Assembly (NCBI GenBank): GCA_963717465.1 | Contig: OY970340.1 | Location: 1,728,001 to 1,792,000, forward strand | Reading direction: 5' to 3' | DNA length: 64,000 nt | DNA from: Candidatus Bathyarchaeota archaeon | GTDB lineage: Archaea > Thermoproteota > Bathyarchaeia > Bathyarchaeales > Bathycorpusculaceae | Shown: piece by piece, positions 51,711 through 62,511 of the stretch | Numbering within the stretch: position 1 is the stretch's first letter | Layout of the letters: each line of letters begins with the position of its first letter | The notes under the pieces: generated by a model | Seen by the model: the letters and a program-made list of their open reading frames with translations, nothing else | Told to the model about the DNA's origin: nothing | The model's database searches: none | Translations under genes and position numbers: made by a program

Positions 51711-52031
51711 AAAAGCCGTGTTACTTGGCAACCATAATTGGCGCGTACAAACCACAGCCAATGCAAACAGAAACCGACAGCAACCGAGACAGCGAAGAAT
51801 CAGATTTAGACGAATTTATGACGAATAGCTGCGATGTGATGTTTCCCAGCGATGAACCAACGGAGATTTAATCGAAAGTTTTTTGAGTGAATAAGAGAAT
51901 ATAGAAGTGGATAAGAAAATGAGAACCAGAAAATCAAAAAATCGGAAATAGTTACCGCTCTGGATTTAGCTATTTTTGTGTATTTACTCTATGAATGTCT
52001 AGCTAATCCTCGATTTAAGGGTCTTTCGAAT

Positions 52032-52046
52032 AAAAACCTTTATTAG
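52032..52046 (+). promoter_or_regulatory. Putative BRE/TATA promoter of the rpo operon
   Basis: AAAAACCTTTATTAG about 150 nt upstream of rpoB. Confidence 0.45.
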
Positions 52047-52198
52047 AAAGCTGTGTAGCAATTGTTTGTGCCCTTGGGAAATATAGGAGATCCTTTTTCA
52101 TTTGAATGATCCTTTATCGGAGGAATTTGAAGATTGAAAGAAATGATATTTACTAAAAATTATCAAATTATAAGAACGTTTATTGGAGAATTGATTAA

Positions 52199-55100
52199 TT
52201 GACTGAAATACAAAAAGAAGATATTCATTCACTTCTTAAAGCGTTTTTCAACGATAAAGGATTGGTAAGGCAACATTTAGACAGCTACAACGAATTCATC
52301 GATCATGGACTTCAAGAAGTCGTCGATGAAGTAGCAGAGATTCCAATTGAAGTGCCAGAAAATCCCTACAAAGTGAAACTTGGTCAAATCTGGGTTATAG
52401 ATCCTCAATCAAGGATTACTGGGCCGTACGTCACGGAAGTTGACGGAACAAAGCATGAAATCTACCCAACAGAAGCAAGATTGAGAAACTTGGCTTATTC
52501 AGCTCCAGTCGCGTTAGAAATGACGCCGATAATTGATGGGCGAGAACAAGATACAGAACTTGTTTACATTGGAAACATACCTGTCATGCTTAAATCAAAA
52601 CTTTGTTTCCTGTCACAATTATCAAAAGAAGAACTAATCACTGCCGGTGAAGACCCTGATGATCCAGGTGGTTACTTCGTTGTTAACGGTTCTGAAAGAG
52701 TTATAGTTGCGATGGAAGACTTAGCTCCAAACCGTGTAATTGTTGACATTGACGAAAAAGGTACATCACCCGTTTATCAAGCAAAAATATTCTCAACAAC
52801 CGTGGGCTTCAGAGCAAGAATTGAGCTTAAACTCAAATCAGACGACGCAATCTACGTTACAATGCCAGGAGTGCCTACTGAAATTCCATTCGTCGTAATC
52901 ATGCGAGCGCTCAACCTTGAAAAAGACAAGGAAATCGCAGAGGCAGTCTCACTTGACAAGGAACTTCAAGCTCAACTTGCCGCTTCCTTCGAAAAAGCCA
53001 TCGGTGTAGAAACCCCCTCAGATGCAATTCTCTTTATTGGAAACCGAGTAGCACACGGCCAAGTGGAAGAGTATCGTCTTCAAAAGGCGGAGACTGCTCT
53101 TGACAAGAACTTTTTGCCTCACCTTGGACGGAGCGATAAAAACCGTAAAGAAAAAGCAATCTTTCTGGGTGAAATGGCCTACCGAGTTCTGCAATTAAAA
53201 ACAGGCAGGCGTCAACCAGACGACAAAGATCACTTCAAGAACAAACGTTTACGTCTCGGTGGACCATTGCTCGCTGACCTTTTCCGAGTATCGTTCAGAA
53301 ATCTTACACGGGACATAAAATATCAACTTGAACGCATTGGCGTTAAAGGACCGATAATCACCGTTTCTGCAGCAGTGCGACCTGGAATTATTACTGAACG
53401 ATTCCAACATGCACTGGCAACTGGTAACTGGGGAAGAGGTAGAGTCGGCATCACACAACTTTTAGACCGAACAAATTACATTTCAACATTAAGTCACCTG
53501 CGAAGATTACAGTCACCCTTAAGTCGAAGCCAACCTAACTTTGAAGCTCGAGACCTACACCCTACACACTGGGGTCGATTATGTCCAAACGAAACTCCAG
53601 AAGGCTCAAACTGTGGTCTAGTTAAAAACTTGGCTTTATCAGCCTCAATTGCTGTAGGCGTAAATCCTGATAAAGTGAAGCAACTACTTTTCGAAATGGG
53701 TACAACTCCAGTAGGCGAGGCAAGTATAGATTTACGAATGTCAGGAGCAAAAGTCTTCGTTGACGGCAACATAATTGGCTACTGTAATTCACCTGCCGAA
53801 ATGGTCAAAATTATCCGTGAAAAAAGACGCACAGGTGAAGTCTCAACTGAAGTTAACGTGACACACTTCTCAAAAGCACTAACCGAAACTGAAGAGCTAC
53901 ATGCTAACTGCGACGAAGGCAGAGTACGACGCCCACTCATTATCGTCGACAAAGGCGTTCCTAAACTTCAACCTAACCACCTAGAAAAAATAAGTCTAGG
54001 CGAGTGGACATGGGAAGATCTAGTTAAAAGCGGTTTAATCGAGTACTTAGATGCGGAAGAAGAGGAAAACGCTTACGTAGCCATGAACGTAAACTCTATC
54101 ACCCCTAAAACGACCCATCTGGAGATAGCGCCTTACACAATTCTAGGCATATGCGCATCAACGATACCCTATCCAGAACACAATCAGTCACCACGTAACT
54201 CTTATCAAGCCGCTATGGCCAAACAAGCTCTCGGAATCTACGGAACCAATTTCCATCACAGAGTAGATTCCAGATCACACATACTACACTACCCACAAGT
54301 GCCGCTAGTGGAAACCGAACTCATGGAAGTCATGGGATACAAGCAACGCCCAACCGGACAAAACTGCATCGTAGCAGTGCTCAGCTTCGAAGGCTACAAC
54401 ATGGAGGACGCCATAATCTTCAACAAAGCCTCAATCGAACGAGGACTAGCGCGCTCAACATTCTACAGAATATACGAAGCTGAATGTCGCCAATATCTTG
54501 GTGGATTAAAAGACAGATTCACCGTTCCTGAAGCAGGAACAAGAGGTTTCAGAGGAGAACAATACTATCGCCTCTTAGAACCCGATGGTATCATAAGCCT
54601 GGAGTCAGCTGTAGTAGGCGGAGACGTTCTCATCGGTAGAATCAGCCCTCCAAGATTCCTTGAAGAATACAAGGAATTCGAAGTCAGAGGTCCGTCAATG
54701 CGTGACACTTCAATAGACATGAGACCTTCAGAAACCGGAATAGTTGACGGAATTTTCATAACAGCTTCCGGCGAAGGCAGCCAACTTGTTAAAGTAAGAG
54801 TTCGTGATCAGCGAGTTCCCGAGCTAGGCGACAAGTTTGCATCACGCCACGGACAAAAAGGAGTAATTGGCTTAATCGTTCCACAGGAAGATATGCCCTT
54901 CACAGGTGAAGGCATAACTCCAGATTTAATAATTAATCCTCACGCTATACCCTCAAGAATGACTGTCGGTCAATTCATCGAATCTCTAGCAGGAAAAGCA
55001 GCAGCGGCAAGAGGCAGACCTGTTGATGGCACACCTTTCGCTAATGAAGGCCCAATCGAAGTCCGGAATAACCTCGTGAAGCTTGGTTTCAGTCACACTG

Positions 55101-55564
55101 GAAGCGAAGTCTTCTACAATGGTGCAACTGGAGAAAAATTCGTCGCAGACATTTTTGTCGGCATTGTATATTATCAAAAACTGCATCATATGGTTGCTGA
55201 CAAGATTCATGCAAGAGCCCGTGGGCAAGTCCAAATGTTAACAAGGCAACCAACAGAAGGTCGCGCTAGAGGTGGTGGTCTGAGGTTCGGAGAAATGGAG
55301 CGAGACTGCCTAATTGGGCATGGTGCTGCTATGCTGCTTAGAGATAGGTTGCTTGAAGAATCTGACAAATACACTCTTTACATCTGCGAAAACTGTGGTC
55401 AGATTTCATATTATGATATGAAGCAAAGGCGTTACGTATGCAAGATTTGCGATGAGAAAGCAAAGATTTCGCCAGTAATTGTCTCTTACGCATTCAAGCT
55501 TTTGCTGCAAGAACTTCAAAGCTTGTGTATCACGCCAAAGTTAAGACTTAAGGAGAAGGCTTAG
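52199..55564 (+). CDS. rpoB: DNA-directed RNA polymerase subunit B (Rpo2, undivided)
   Basis: GGYFVVNGSERV, ETPEGSNCGLVKN, GYNMEDA, GDKFASRHGQKG, GGLRFGEMERD. Confidence 0.99.
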   Translation: MTEIQKEDIHSLLKAFFNDKGLVRQHLDSYNEFIDHGLQEVVDEVAEIPIEVPENPYKVKLGQIWVIDPQSRITGPYVTEVDGTKHEIYPTEARLRNLAYSAPVALEMTPIIDGREQDTELVYIGNIPVMLKSKLCFLSQLSKEELITAGEDPDDPGGYFVVNGSERVIVAMEDLAPNRVIVDIDEKGTSPVYQAKIFSTTVGFRARIELKLKSDDAIYVTMPGVPTEIPFVVIMRALNLEKDKEIAEAVSLDKELQAQLAASFEKAIGVETPSDAILFIGNRVAHGQVEEYRLQKAETALDKNFLPHLGRSDKNRKEKAIFLGEMAYRVLQLKTGRRQPDDKDHFKNKRLRLGGPLLADLFRVSFRNLTRDIKYQLERIGVKGPIITVSAAVRPGIITERFQHALATGNWGRGRVGITQLLDRTNYISTLSHLRRLQSPLSRSQPNFEARDLHPTHWGRLCPNETPEGSNCGLVKNLALSASIAVGVNPDKVKQLLFEMGTTPVGEASIDLRMSGAKVFVDGNIIGYCNSPAEMVKIIREKRRTGEVSTEVNVTHFSKALTETEELHANCDEGRVRRPLIIVDKGVPKLQPNHLEKISLGEWTWEDLVKSGLIEYLDAEEEENAYVAMNVNSITPKTTHLEIAPYTILGICASTIPYPEHNQSPRNSYQAAMAKQALGIYGTNFHHRVDSRSHILHYPQVPLVETELMEVMGYKQRPTGQNCIVAVLSFEGYNMEDAIIFNKASIERGLARSTFYRIYEAECRQYLGGLKDRFTVPEAGTRGFRGEQYYRLLEPDGIISLESAVVGGDVLIGRISPPRFLEEYKEFEVRGPSMRDTSIDMRPSETGIVDGIFITASGEGSQLVKVRVRDQRVPELGDKFASRHGQKGVIGLIVPQEDMPFTGEGITPDLIINPHAIPSRMTVGQFIESLAGKAAAARGRPVDGTPFANEGPIEVRNNLVKLGFSHTGSEVFYNGATGEKFVADIFVGIVYYQKLHHMVADKIHARARGQVQMLTRQPTEGRARGGGLRFGEMERDCLIGHGAAMLLRDRLLEESDKYTLYICENCGQISYYDMKQRRYVCKICDEKAKISPVIVSYAFKLLLQELQSLCITPKLRLKEKA

Positions 55565-55565
55565 A

Positions 55566-58500
55566 ATGTCGAACGAGGAATTAATACATAAAGTAGTTGA
55601 TGAAATTTCATTTGGCTTAATTTCACCTAAAGATTTGCGTAAGCAATCAGTCGTCGAAATTCAGACACCAGACACTTATGATGAAGATGGCACGCCTATC
55701 ACTGCAGGCTTAATGGACGGCAGGCTTGGCACACTTGAGCCAAGGCAAAGATGTAAAACATGCGGCAACACTGCTATCCGATGCCCGGGGCACTTTGGAC
55801 ATATAGAATTAGCAGTTCCAATTGTGCATATTGAATTTACGAAAATTATTTTCGATCTCTTAAAATGCACTTGCCGTAGTTGCGGGCGCATACTCTTATC
55901 AGAAGAAGCCTCAAAGAAAGCTCAAGGTAGAATTGAAAGATTCAACGAGCTTTTAGGCACAATTCCAGACGAAGTTTACAAGGAGATAACGAGTGAAATC
56001 AAAACTAAACAGTGCCCATATTGCGCTTCCGTTCAGTACAAAATAACTTTTGAGAAACCAACCAAGTTTATTGAGCAAACTGAAGCAGGTTCTGAGCCTT
56101 TAACTCCAAGCATGATTCGTGAAAGGCTCGAAAGAATTTCTGACGAAGACTTGGAAATATTAGGTTTTAATCCAAAGGTTGCGCGGCCTGAATGGATGGT
56201 TCTCCAAGTTTTGCCTGTGCCGCCAGTCTACGTTCGCCCATCAATTACGCTAGAGTCAGGCATTCGCTCTGAAGATGACTTAACCCACAAACTTGTGGAT
56301 ATCATTAGAATTAACCAGCGCTTGAAAGAAAACATGGAGGCAGGAGCTCCAACACTTATTATTCAAGACTTATCCGAATTATTACAGTACCATGTCACCA
56401 CATACTTTAACAATGAAGCTTCAGGTATTCCACCCGCAAGGCATCGTTCAGGAAGAGCACTAAAAACTATCTCACAAAGATTAAAAGGAAAAGAAGGCCG
56501 CTTTAGAAGCAACCTTTCAGGCAAAAGAGTTGACTTTTCAGCTCGCACAGTAATTTCTCCAGACCCGAACCTTGACATAAACGAAGTTGGTGTACCCCAA
56601 GACATTGCAATGCGTCTATCTGTTCCGGAAAAAGTCACCGCTTGGAACATTGAAGAAATGAAGAAATTTGTAATTAACGGTCCCGAAAATTATCCTGGTG
56701 CCTTGTACATTATTAGGCCAGATGGGAAACGTATCCGATTGGAATTTGTCGTTGACCGAACAAAAATTGCTGATGCAGTAGAATTGGGCTTTGTGGTCGA
56801 GCGACACCTTAAAAACGGCGATATAGCTATCTTTAATCGGCAGCCTTCGCTTCACCGCATGTCTATAATGGCCCATTATGTAAGAGTTCTACCTTACAAA
56901 ACTTTTAGACTTCACCTTTGTGTTTGTCCACCATACAACGCAGATTTTGATGGAGATGAAATGAACCTTCACGTTCCACAAAGCGAAGAAGCCCGAACTG
57001 AATCATTATTGTTAATGCAAGTCCAAGATCAGATACTCTCACCAAGATTTGGTGGACCCATTATAGGTGCTATCAGAGATTTCATAACAAGCGCTTATTA
57101 CTTCACCAGAAAATCAAATTATTTGACAAGTGCTCAAGTAAATAGGCTTCTAACAGCTACTGGTTATTATGGTCCGCTACCTGAGCCTGCGATTAATGAT
57201 CCAGCGCCCATGTGGTCAGGTAAACAAATCTTCAGTCTGTTTTTGCCAAAGACCCTGAACTATGTCTTGAAAGCAAATATTTGCCAAGGATGCACGAAAT
57301 GCGAAGAAGAAGACTGCAAACATGACGCTTACGTGGTTGTTAAAAACGGTCAATTAGTTTCAGGAATTATCGATAGACGATCTATCGGTTCCGAACAATC
57401 AGAAAGTCTGCTTCATCGAATAATCAAAGACTACGGAACTCAAGCAGGAAGGCAGTTCCTTAACAATATTACCCGTTTGCTAAAACTTTTCATTTCAATG
57501 CGTGGCTTCAGTTACACTTATGACCAACTAGTTTTGTCGCCAAGGGCAGAAAACAGAATCAAGAAGACGATGGAGCGAATACAAAAGAAGATTGATGAGC
57601 ACATACAGAATTACCGTGATGGAACGTTGCCGCGGTTGCCTGGTCAAACACTCGAAGAATCCTTTGAAATCTATGTAATGCATGAACTTGCAACAGCAAG
57701 AGATGAAGCAGGTAAAATAGCAGACGACGACTTTACATTGGAGAACGCTGGCATCGTCATGACGAGAACTGGCGCCAGAGGTTCAAGCTTAAATATTGGT
57801 CAGATAGCTGCTTGTGTTGGTCAGCAATCAGTGCGAGGTAAACGTATTCTGCGAGGTTATGCTGGACGTGCATTGCCACATTTTGTTGAAGGTGACCCTA
57901 GTCCAAGGGCAAGGGGCTTTGTTTATAATTCTTACCAGTCAGGCTTGGACGCTATTGAATTCTTCTTCCATGCTATGGGTGGCCGCGAAGGTCTAGTAGA
58001 CACTGCGGTGCGAACTCAACAGAGTGGCTACATGCAAAGACGATTAATTAATGCTCTGGAACATATTCGTCTTGAATATGACGAGACAGTTCGTGATTCA
58101 GCTGGTGACATTATCCAATTCCGGTACGGTGAAGATGGCGTAGACCCAGCAAAAAGTGATCATGGTAAAGCAGTAAACGTTAGTAGATTGATTGACCAAA
58201 TCAAAATCGGCGAAGAGAAAGGTGGTACGCCAGCAACTCCTGAGTTCATTAAGGAGCAATTAAAGGACGTCCAGGAACAGTTAACGCCTATTCTAATGGA
58301 TCAACTTAAAACTAACTTGAGTAAAAATAAGCTTAGCAAGAAAGGTGTTGAAAAAGCAACAACGCAAACAGCTGAGCAGTATAAGCGAGCTTTGATGGAG
58401 CCTGGTGAAGCAGTCGGTATAGTTGCGGCTCAATCAATCGGTGAACCTGGAACTCAGATGACTCTCAGAACTTTCCACTATGCAGGAGTCAAAGAACAAA

Positions 58501-59408
58501 ACGTCACCTTAGGTTTGCCTCGTTTAATCGAGATTGTAGACGCCCGCAGAATTCCTTCTACTCCCATTATGACTATTTACTTGATTGGTGAACACGCGAA
58601 AAGCAAGGAAGGTGCAGTTAAAGTCGCACGTGATCTGATTTATACTTCTCTTGAAAATTTAGCTTCAATAATTTACGAGGACCCAGTTAAAGAGGAAATC
58701 GTTGTTGAACTAACTAAGTCGATGATGGATGACCGCGCAATTACGATGGATGATTTGAAAGAGCGTCTTGAAGCACAATTGCAGAATGCTACCGTAAATG
58801 TGTTAGATGACAGAGTTGAAATTAAGCCAAAGAAAGCTGAAGCTTTAAAGAGGATGCTTGGCAAGATTCCAGGTCTCCACGTCAAAGGTGTACCTGATAT
58901 TAAAAGAGTATTGGTTACAGAAGAAAGCGGTGAATGGGTTATTCGGACTGATGGCTCAAACTTATCTAAAGTGCTTGAGATAACTGGTGTTGACACTTCA
59001 CGAACATCCACTAATAACATTCATGAAATCGCCAAAACTTTAGGTATAGAAGCTTCAAGAAATGCGTTAGTTAATGAGGCAAAAGGCGTCTTGGAAGATC
59101 AAGGCTTAGACGTCGATGTCCGCCACGTTATGCTTGTAGCAGATATGATGACCACAACTGGAGATGTTCAACAAATCGGCAGACATGGCATCAGTGGCAA
59201 GAAAGCCAGTGTTTTGGCTCGTGCAGCATTCGAAATCACTGTTCCAAACATTGTGGAAGCGGCAGTTAAGGGTGAAAGTGACCCATTAGCAGGCGTAACT
59301 GAAAACGTAATAGTTGGGCAGTCCATTCCAATCGGCACAGGCTTAGTTGAATTATACATGTCAACTTTTGAAAAACAAGAAAAAGAAGGAGGAAAAACTG
59401 AAACATGA
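55566..59408 (+). CDS. rpoA1: DNA-directed RNA polymerase subunit A, fused A'/A'' (Rpo1)
   Basis: CPGHFGHIEL, YNADFDGDEMN, GYMQRRL, then in the same frame AAQSIGEPGTQMTLRTFH and ARAAFE. Confidence 0.99.
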   Translation: MSNEELIHKVVDEISFGLISPKDLRKQSVVEIQTPDTYDEDGTPITAGLMDGRLGTLEPRQRCKTCGNTAIRCPGHFGHIELAVPIVHIEFTKIIFDLLKCTCRSCGRILLSEEASKKAQGRIERFNELLGTIPDEVYKEITSEIKTKQCPYCASVQYKITFEKPTKFIEQTEAGSEPLTPSMIRERLERISDEDLEILGFNPKVARPEWMVLQVLPVPPVYVRPSITLESGIRSEDDLTHKLVDIIRINQRLKENMEAGAPTLIIQDLSELLQYHVTTYFNNEASGIPPARHRSGRALKTISQRLKGKEGRFRSNLSGKRVDFSARTVISPDPNLDINEVGVPQDIAMRLSVPEKVTAWNIEEMKKFVINGPENYPGALYIIRPDGKRIRLEFVVDRTKIADAVELGFVVERHLKNGDIAIFNRQPSLHRMSIMAHYVRVLPYKTFRLHLCVCPPYNADFDGDEMNLHVPQSEEARTESLLLMQVQDQILSPRFGGPIIGAIRDFITSAYYFTRKSNYLTSAQVNRLLTATGYYGPLPEPAINDPAPMWSGKQIFSLFLPKTLNYVLKANICQGCTKCEEEDCKHDAYVVVKNGQLVSGIIDRRSIGSEQSESLLHRIIKDYGTQAGRQFLNNITRLLKLFISMRGFSYTYDQLVLSPRAENRIKKTMERIQKKIDEHIQNYRDGTLPRLPGQTLEESFEIYVMHELATARDEAGKIADDDFTLENAGIVMTRTGARGSSLNIGQIAACVGQQSVRGKRILRGYAGRALPHFVEGDPSPRARGFVYNSYQSGLDAIEFFFHAMGGREGLVDTAVRTQQSGYMQRRLINALEHIRLEYDETVRDSAGDIIQFRYGEDGVDPAKSDHGKAVNVSRLIDQIKIGEEKGGTPATPEFIKEQLKDVQEQLTPILMDQLKTNLSKNKLSKKGVEKATTQTAEQYKRALMEPGEAVGIVAAQSIGEPGTQMTLRTFHYAGVKEQNVTLGLPRLIEIVDARRIPSTPIMTIYLIGEHAKSKEGAVKVARDLIYTSLENLASIIYEDPVKEEIVVELTKSMMDDRAITMDDLKERLEAQLQNATVNVLDDRVEIKPKKAEALKRMLGKIPGLHVKGVPDIKRVLVTEESGEWVIRTDGSNLSKVLEITGVDTSRTSTNNIHEIAKTLGIEASRNALVNEAKGVLEDQGLDVDVRHVMLVADMMTTTGDVQQIGRHGISGKKASVLARAAFEITVPNIVEAAVKGESDPLAGVTENVIVGQSIPIGTGLVELYMSTFEKQEKEGGKTET

Positions 59409-59740
59409 TAGATATAGACAAAGCGTTAGCTTCAGCCGTGAAAACTGGTAAAGTATCTTTCGGAGCCAACTCGGCGCTGCAAAACGCCAAAACAGGCAAG
59501 GCTAAGATGATTGTTTTAGCCTCAAATTGTCCAAAAAACATAAAAGAGGATATAGAATATTATGCTAAAATCTCCAAGGTTCCAGTATTGTCTTATAGAG
59601 GTACATCGATGGATTTAGCTGAAACATGCAGTAAAATGTTCATCATTTCAGCCTTGATAATAAGGGAAACTGGGGATTCAGAGATTCTTAAGGTAACCGA
59701 AATTAAAGAGTTACAAGAAAACCTTGGAGGAAATGAATGA
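59405..59740 (+). CDS. rpl30e: 50S ribosomal protein L30e
   Basis: AVKTGKVSFG...KAKMIVLASNCP; canonical position after rpoA. Confidence 0.96.
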   Translation: MIDIDKALASAVKTGKVSFGANSALQNAKTGKAKMIVLASNCPKNIKEDIEYYAKISKVPVLSYRGTSMDLAETCSKMFIISALIIRETGDSEILKVTEIKELQENLGGNE

Positions 59741-60174
59741 CAACCGGCATAAAAATCACAGCTGACGAAATGCGTTATATTGCATTGTTTGAAAGCATAA
59801 GCGGCGCCAGCGTGAAGGACTGCATAATTGATGAGGAGCAAGAACGCGCCATATTTATCGTAAACCCTGGACAAGTGGGCGTAGCTATTGGCAAAGGCGG
59901 CAGAAACATCCACACTCTTGAAAGAATGACCGGGAAAAAACATGAAATAATAGAGTACTCAGAAGACCCAGTTCAATTCATGAAAAACGCACTAAAACCC
60001 GCAGCAGTCCGAGAAATCCGCGTCACAGAACGAACCGATGGAAAAAAAATGGCAGTCATCACAGTAAATCCGAAAGACAAAGGCGTCGCCATAGGCAAAA
60101 ACGGCAAAAACGCTGAACGTCTTCGCTTCTTAGCAAAACGGTATTTTGACATTCAAAACGTGAGCATCACCTAA
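59737..60174 (+). CDS. nusA: Archaeal NusA (two KH domains)
   Basis: GVAIGKGGRNI and GVAIGKNGKN; follows L30e. Confidence 0.96.
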   Translation: MTTGIKITADEMRYIALFESISGASVKDCIIDEEQERAIFIVNPGQVGVAIGKGGRNIHTLERMTGKKHEIIEYSEDPVQFMKNALKPAAVREIRVTERTDGKKMAVITVNPKDKGVAIGKNGKNAERLRFLAKRYFDIQNVSIT

Positions 60175-60351
60175 GCCAACTTTTTACGGCTTGGCTCATA
60201 ATCTTTTAATCTTGTCTAATTAAAGCATCATTAGAGACGTTGCATAACAATTTTTTGAAATGAGTCCAAAGGAGTTTAGATTGCTACTAAGACTAAGAGA
60301 TCAGCCATTTGCAGCACAACAGCCAGAAAATTAGAGGATAAAAAGACCTAA

Positions 60352-61425
60352 TCAATCTCTTGATAGGAAAATAAAATGTTCTCCCTTGGCCATGGCTTCA
60401 AGTTTAGCTAATCCTTTAAAGCTAAACTCTTCACTCAGAAGCCGCCTGTCTGATGCAACACGTCTAAATCTTTTTAAAAAAAGCATGTTCATTTTTAGGA
60501 AGTCTTCAAGGACATAAACCAGATTAGTTCCTTTCTTAATCAATGACCACTCATATAAAACGAGATCTACCATGTAGCAGAATAAAATCTTAGGCCAAAC
60601 TGAAAGCCTAGCTACCTTTAAGCATGCAGCATTTTGATTAAGAACCGCACCACGAAGTGTTTTTTGGGAAATTAACAAACGATTAGTAGTTTCACCGCCT
60701 TTATGAAGCGCCCTAATTGAAGGAACAAATAACATTTTGAATCCAGCCGTGATCATTCGCCACCCAAAATCAACATCTTCATAAACATAATAAAAAGTCC
60801 CATCAAAACCATTTAAAGCTAAAAAACTCTGCTTTTGCACAAGCATAAAAGCACCACGCATTGAAGGTAGTTCCTCAGCTTGAAGTTTGCCGCTGACATT
60901 TGCAAGTGGCCTGTCAAGACTTCTCACGTATGCATTATAACGACCACCACTGTATTTTTCGATGAAGTCGCCGGCAGAATCTACAATTTCTCCACCAAAG
61001 CGTAAAATCAAAGGTTGTACACCTTGGCAGATGTTTTTATTTAAATATTCAACAAGTGGTGAAATATCGTCTAGAACTGCTGCATCATCATCAACGAAAA
61101 GAAGATTAGGCGATTGAGACAGAGAAACGCCAACATTTCTTCCATAAGCAGGCCCTCTGTCCGAACCCGAGTAAGCCAACTTAATGGTTATCAAATTAGG
61201 ACTGAAGTCCAAAAAAGCAGCTAAGTATTTTTCAGTATCTTTTAAATTTTCTACTAAGTCAGCAACCAGAATTATTTCATGAATATTGGACAAGTTACAA
61301 GTTGAATCAAGCAATGTATAAATATTTTCATTAGGAAACTTTTTTAAAACTACAATCACGCTCAACTCGCACGGACGTGAAAAATATTTACAGGTTTTAA
61401 TGTTTTTGATGATCTTGCTCATCAA
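60352..61425 (-). CDS. Glycosyltransferase family 2
   Basis: GPAYGRNVG, LFVDDD, GAFMLV, GFDGTFYYVYEDVDFGWR. Confidence 0.9.
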   Translation of the reverse strand: MMSKIIKNIKTCKYFSRPCELSVIVVLKKFPNENIYTLLDSTCNLSNIHEIILVADLVENLKDTEKYLAAFLDFSPNLITIKLAYSGSDRGPAYGRNVGVSLSQSPNLLFVDDDAAVLDDISPLVEYLNKNICQGVQPLILRFGGEIVDSAGDFIEKYSGGRYNAYVRSLDRPLANVSGKLQAEELPSMRGAFMLVQKQSFLALNGFDGTFYYVYEDVDFGWRMITAGFKMLFVPSIRALHKGGETTNRLLISQKTLRGAVLNQNAACLKVARLSVWPKILFCYMVDLVLYEWSLIKKGTNLVYVLEDFLKMNMLFLKRFRRVASDRRLLSEEFSFKGLAKLEAMAKGEHFIFLSRD

Positions 61426-61519
61426 GTATTCACTTGTTGGATTTTGCTTACAAAGTAAGAAAAAACTGAAATAATCTTAAATTCGATTTGATTATTTCAA
61501 TATAATACTTGGAAACTTT

Positions 61520-61771
61520 TTAGAATCGATGATTCTTTCTGCTATGGAGATTCAAATCTTCTTCTGTATTGAAAATTCTGCCGCATTTTTGGCAAGTCAA
61601 GATGCTAGAGTTTACGCCAAGTATTGGTATCGAAGGTTTATCCGAGACAAGTGCCGGAATTTCCTTTGGCTCAGGCAGCATCTTTTCCGCTCTCGAAGGC
61701 ACGTCTCTTGGTCTTTTATCGTAGGGAAAGTCGGGTTCACTCAAGTGTGTTGTCGACCTCAAGATGACCAT
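61520..61771 (-). CDS. Small C2H2 zinc-finger protein
   Basis: CQKCGRIFNTEEDLNLHSRKNH. Confidence 0.7.
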   Translation of the reverse strand: MVILRSTTHLSEPDFPYDKRPRDVPSRAEKMLPEPKEIPALVSDKPSIPILGVNSSILTCQKCGRIFNTEEDLNLHSRKNHRF

Positions 61772-61824
61772 CGTCTTTATGTTTTCATAAGTGTTTGTGA
61801 TTGCTTAAAGACGATAACAATTTT

Positions 61825-62511
61825 TTATTCGTCGATTTCTTGATTTTCTTCTGCTGTTTCTTCGATTTCTTGGTCTTCTTCTGCTTCTTCCTTATTTCCA
61901 TGCGTTACTGATTGGTTTGCGTCTGTTCTTTCTGCAGCCAGTAGCATGTCAATAAGCGCTTTTTCATCCACTTCAGCTCTTGTTCTCCAATCTAAGAACA
62001 ACTGTTGCTTTTCATCCTGCGTGAGGTAACCATATCGTATGTATCTTTCAATGTTCAAACCTACTTTCCACTCTGGCAACTTTTCGCCAAGCAATTTCTC
62101 AACATCAGTTCGTGACGCTTGTCCCTTCTTGCTAATAATGTATGAGATTGTGATGGCTAAGCCCGCAAGGTCATCAACGCGCCAACCAATCATTTTTGGT
62201 TCTTTTGAAGCTGTGTCGCTTCGTAGTGTTATATAAAAGCGTGCTTTATCCAACTCGTCTAGAGTAGGCTTTTCTGCAGGCGCCTTTTGCTCTTCAAAAA
62301 CTATTTTGACCTCTAAATCCAAATTTTTTAAATGGTCGTCTAAAATGTCGAGCACTTTTGGGTAATCTGAACCTAATGCCTTGTGTAGCTCCCACCCTTT
62401 AACGCCGGGTTTTTGGTGGCGCTTGTAGAGGAGTATCTGAGTTGCACGTTTGATTTTGCCAGCATAGGTGCCTTTTTTTTTGATGCTCAAGTTAATTCTC
62501 CTCGTTTCCAT
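61825..62511 (-). CDS. Kite (tandem winged-helix) subunit, Nse3/MAGE-like
   Basis: KIKRATQILLYKRHQKPG; LAGLAITISYIISKKGQASRTDVEKLL; YIRYGYL...DWRTRAEVDEKALIDML; acidic tail; overlaps the kleisin stop. Confidence 0.7.
   Translation of the reverse strand: METRRINLSIKKKGTYAGKIKRATQILLYKRHQKPGVKGWELHKALGSDYPKVLDILDDHLKNLDLEVKIVFEEQKAPAEKPTLDELDKARFYITLRSDTASKEPKMIGWRVDDLAGLAITISYIISKKGQASRTDVEKLLGEKLPEWKVGLNIERYIRYGYLTQDEKQQLFLDWRTRAEVDEKALIDMLLAAERTDANQSVTHGNKEEAEEDQEIEETAEENQEIDE

Noticed and set aside
55566..59408. Fused RpoA as a novelty or an intein carrier
   Set aside because: Fusion is already known in several archaeal lineages; the length leaves no room for an intein and no splice motifs were seen
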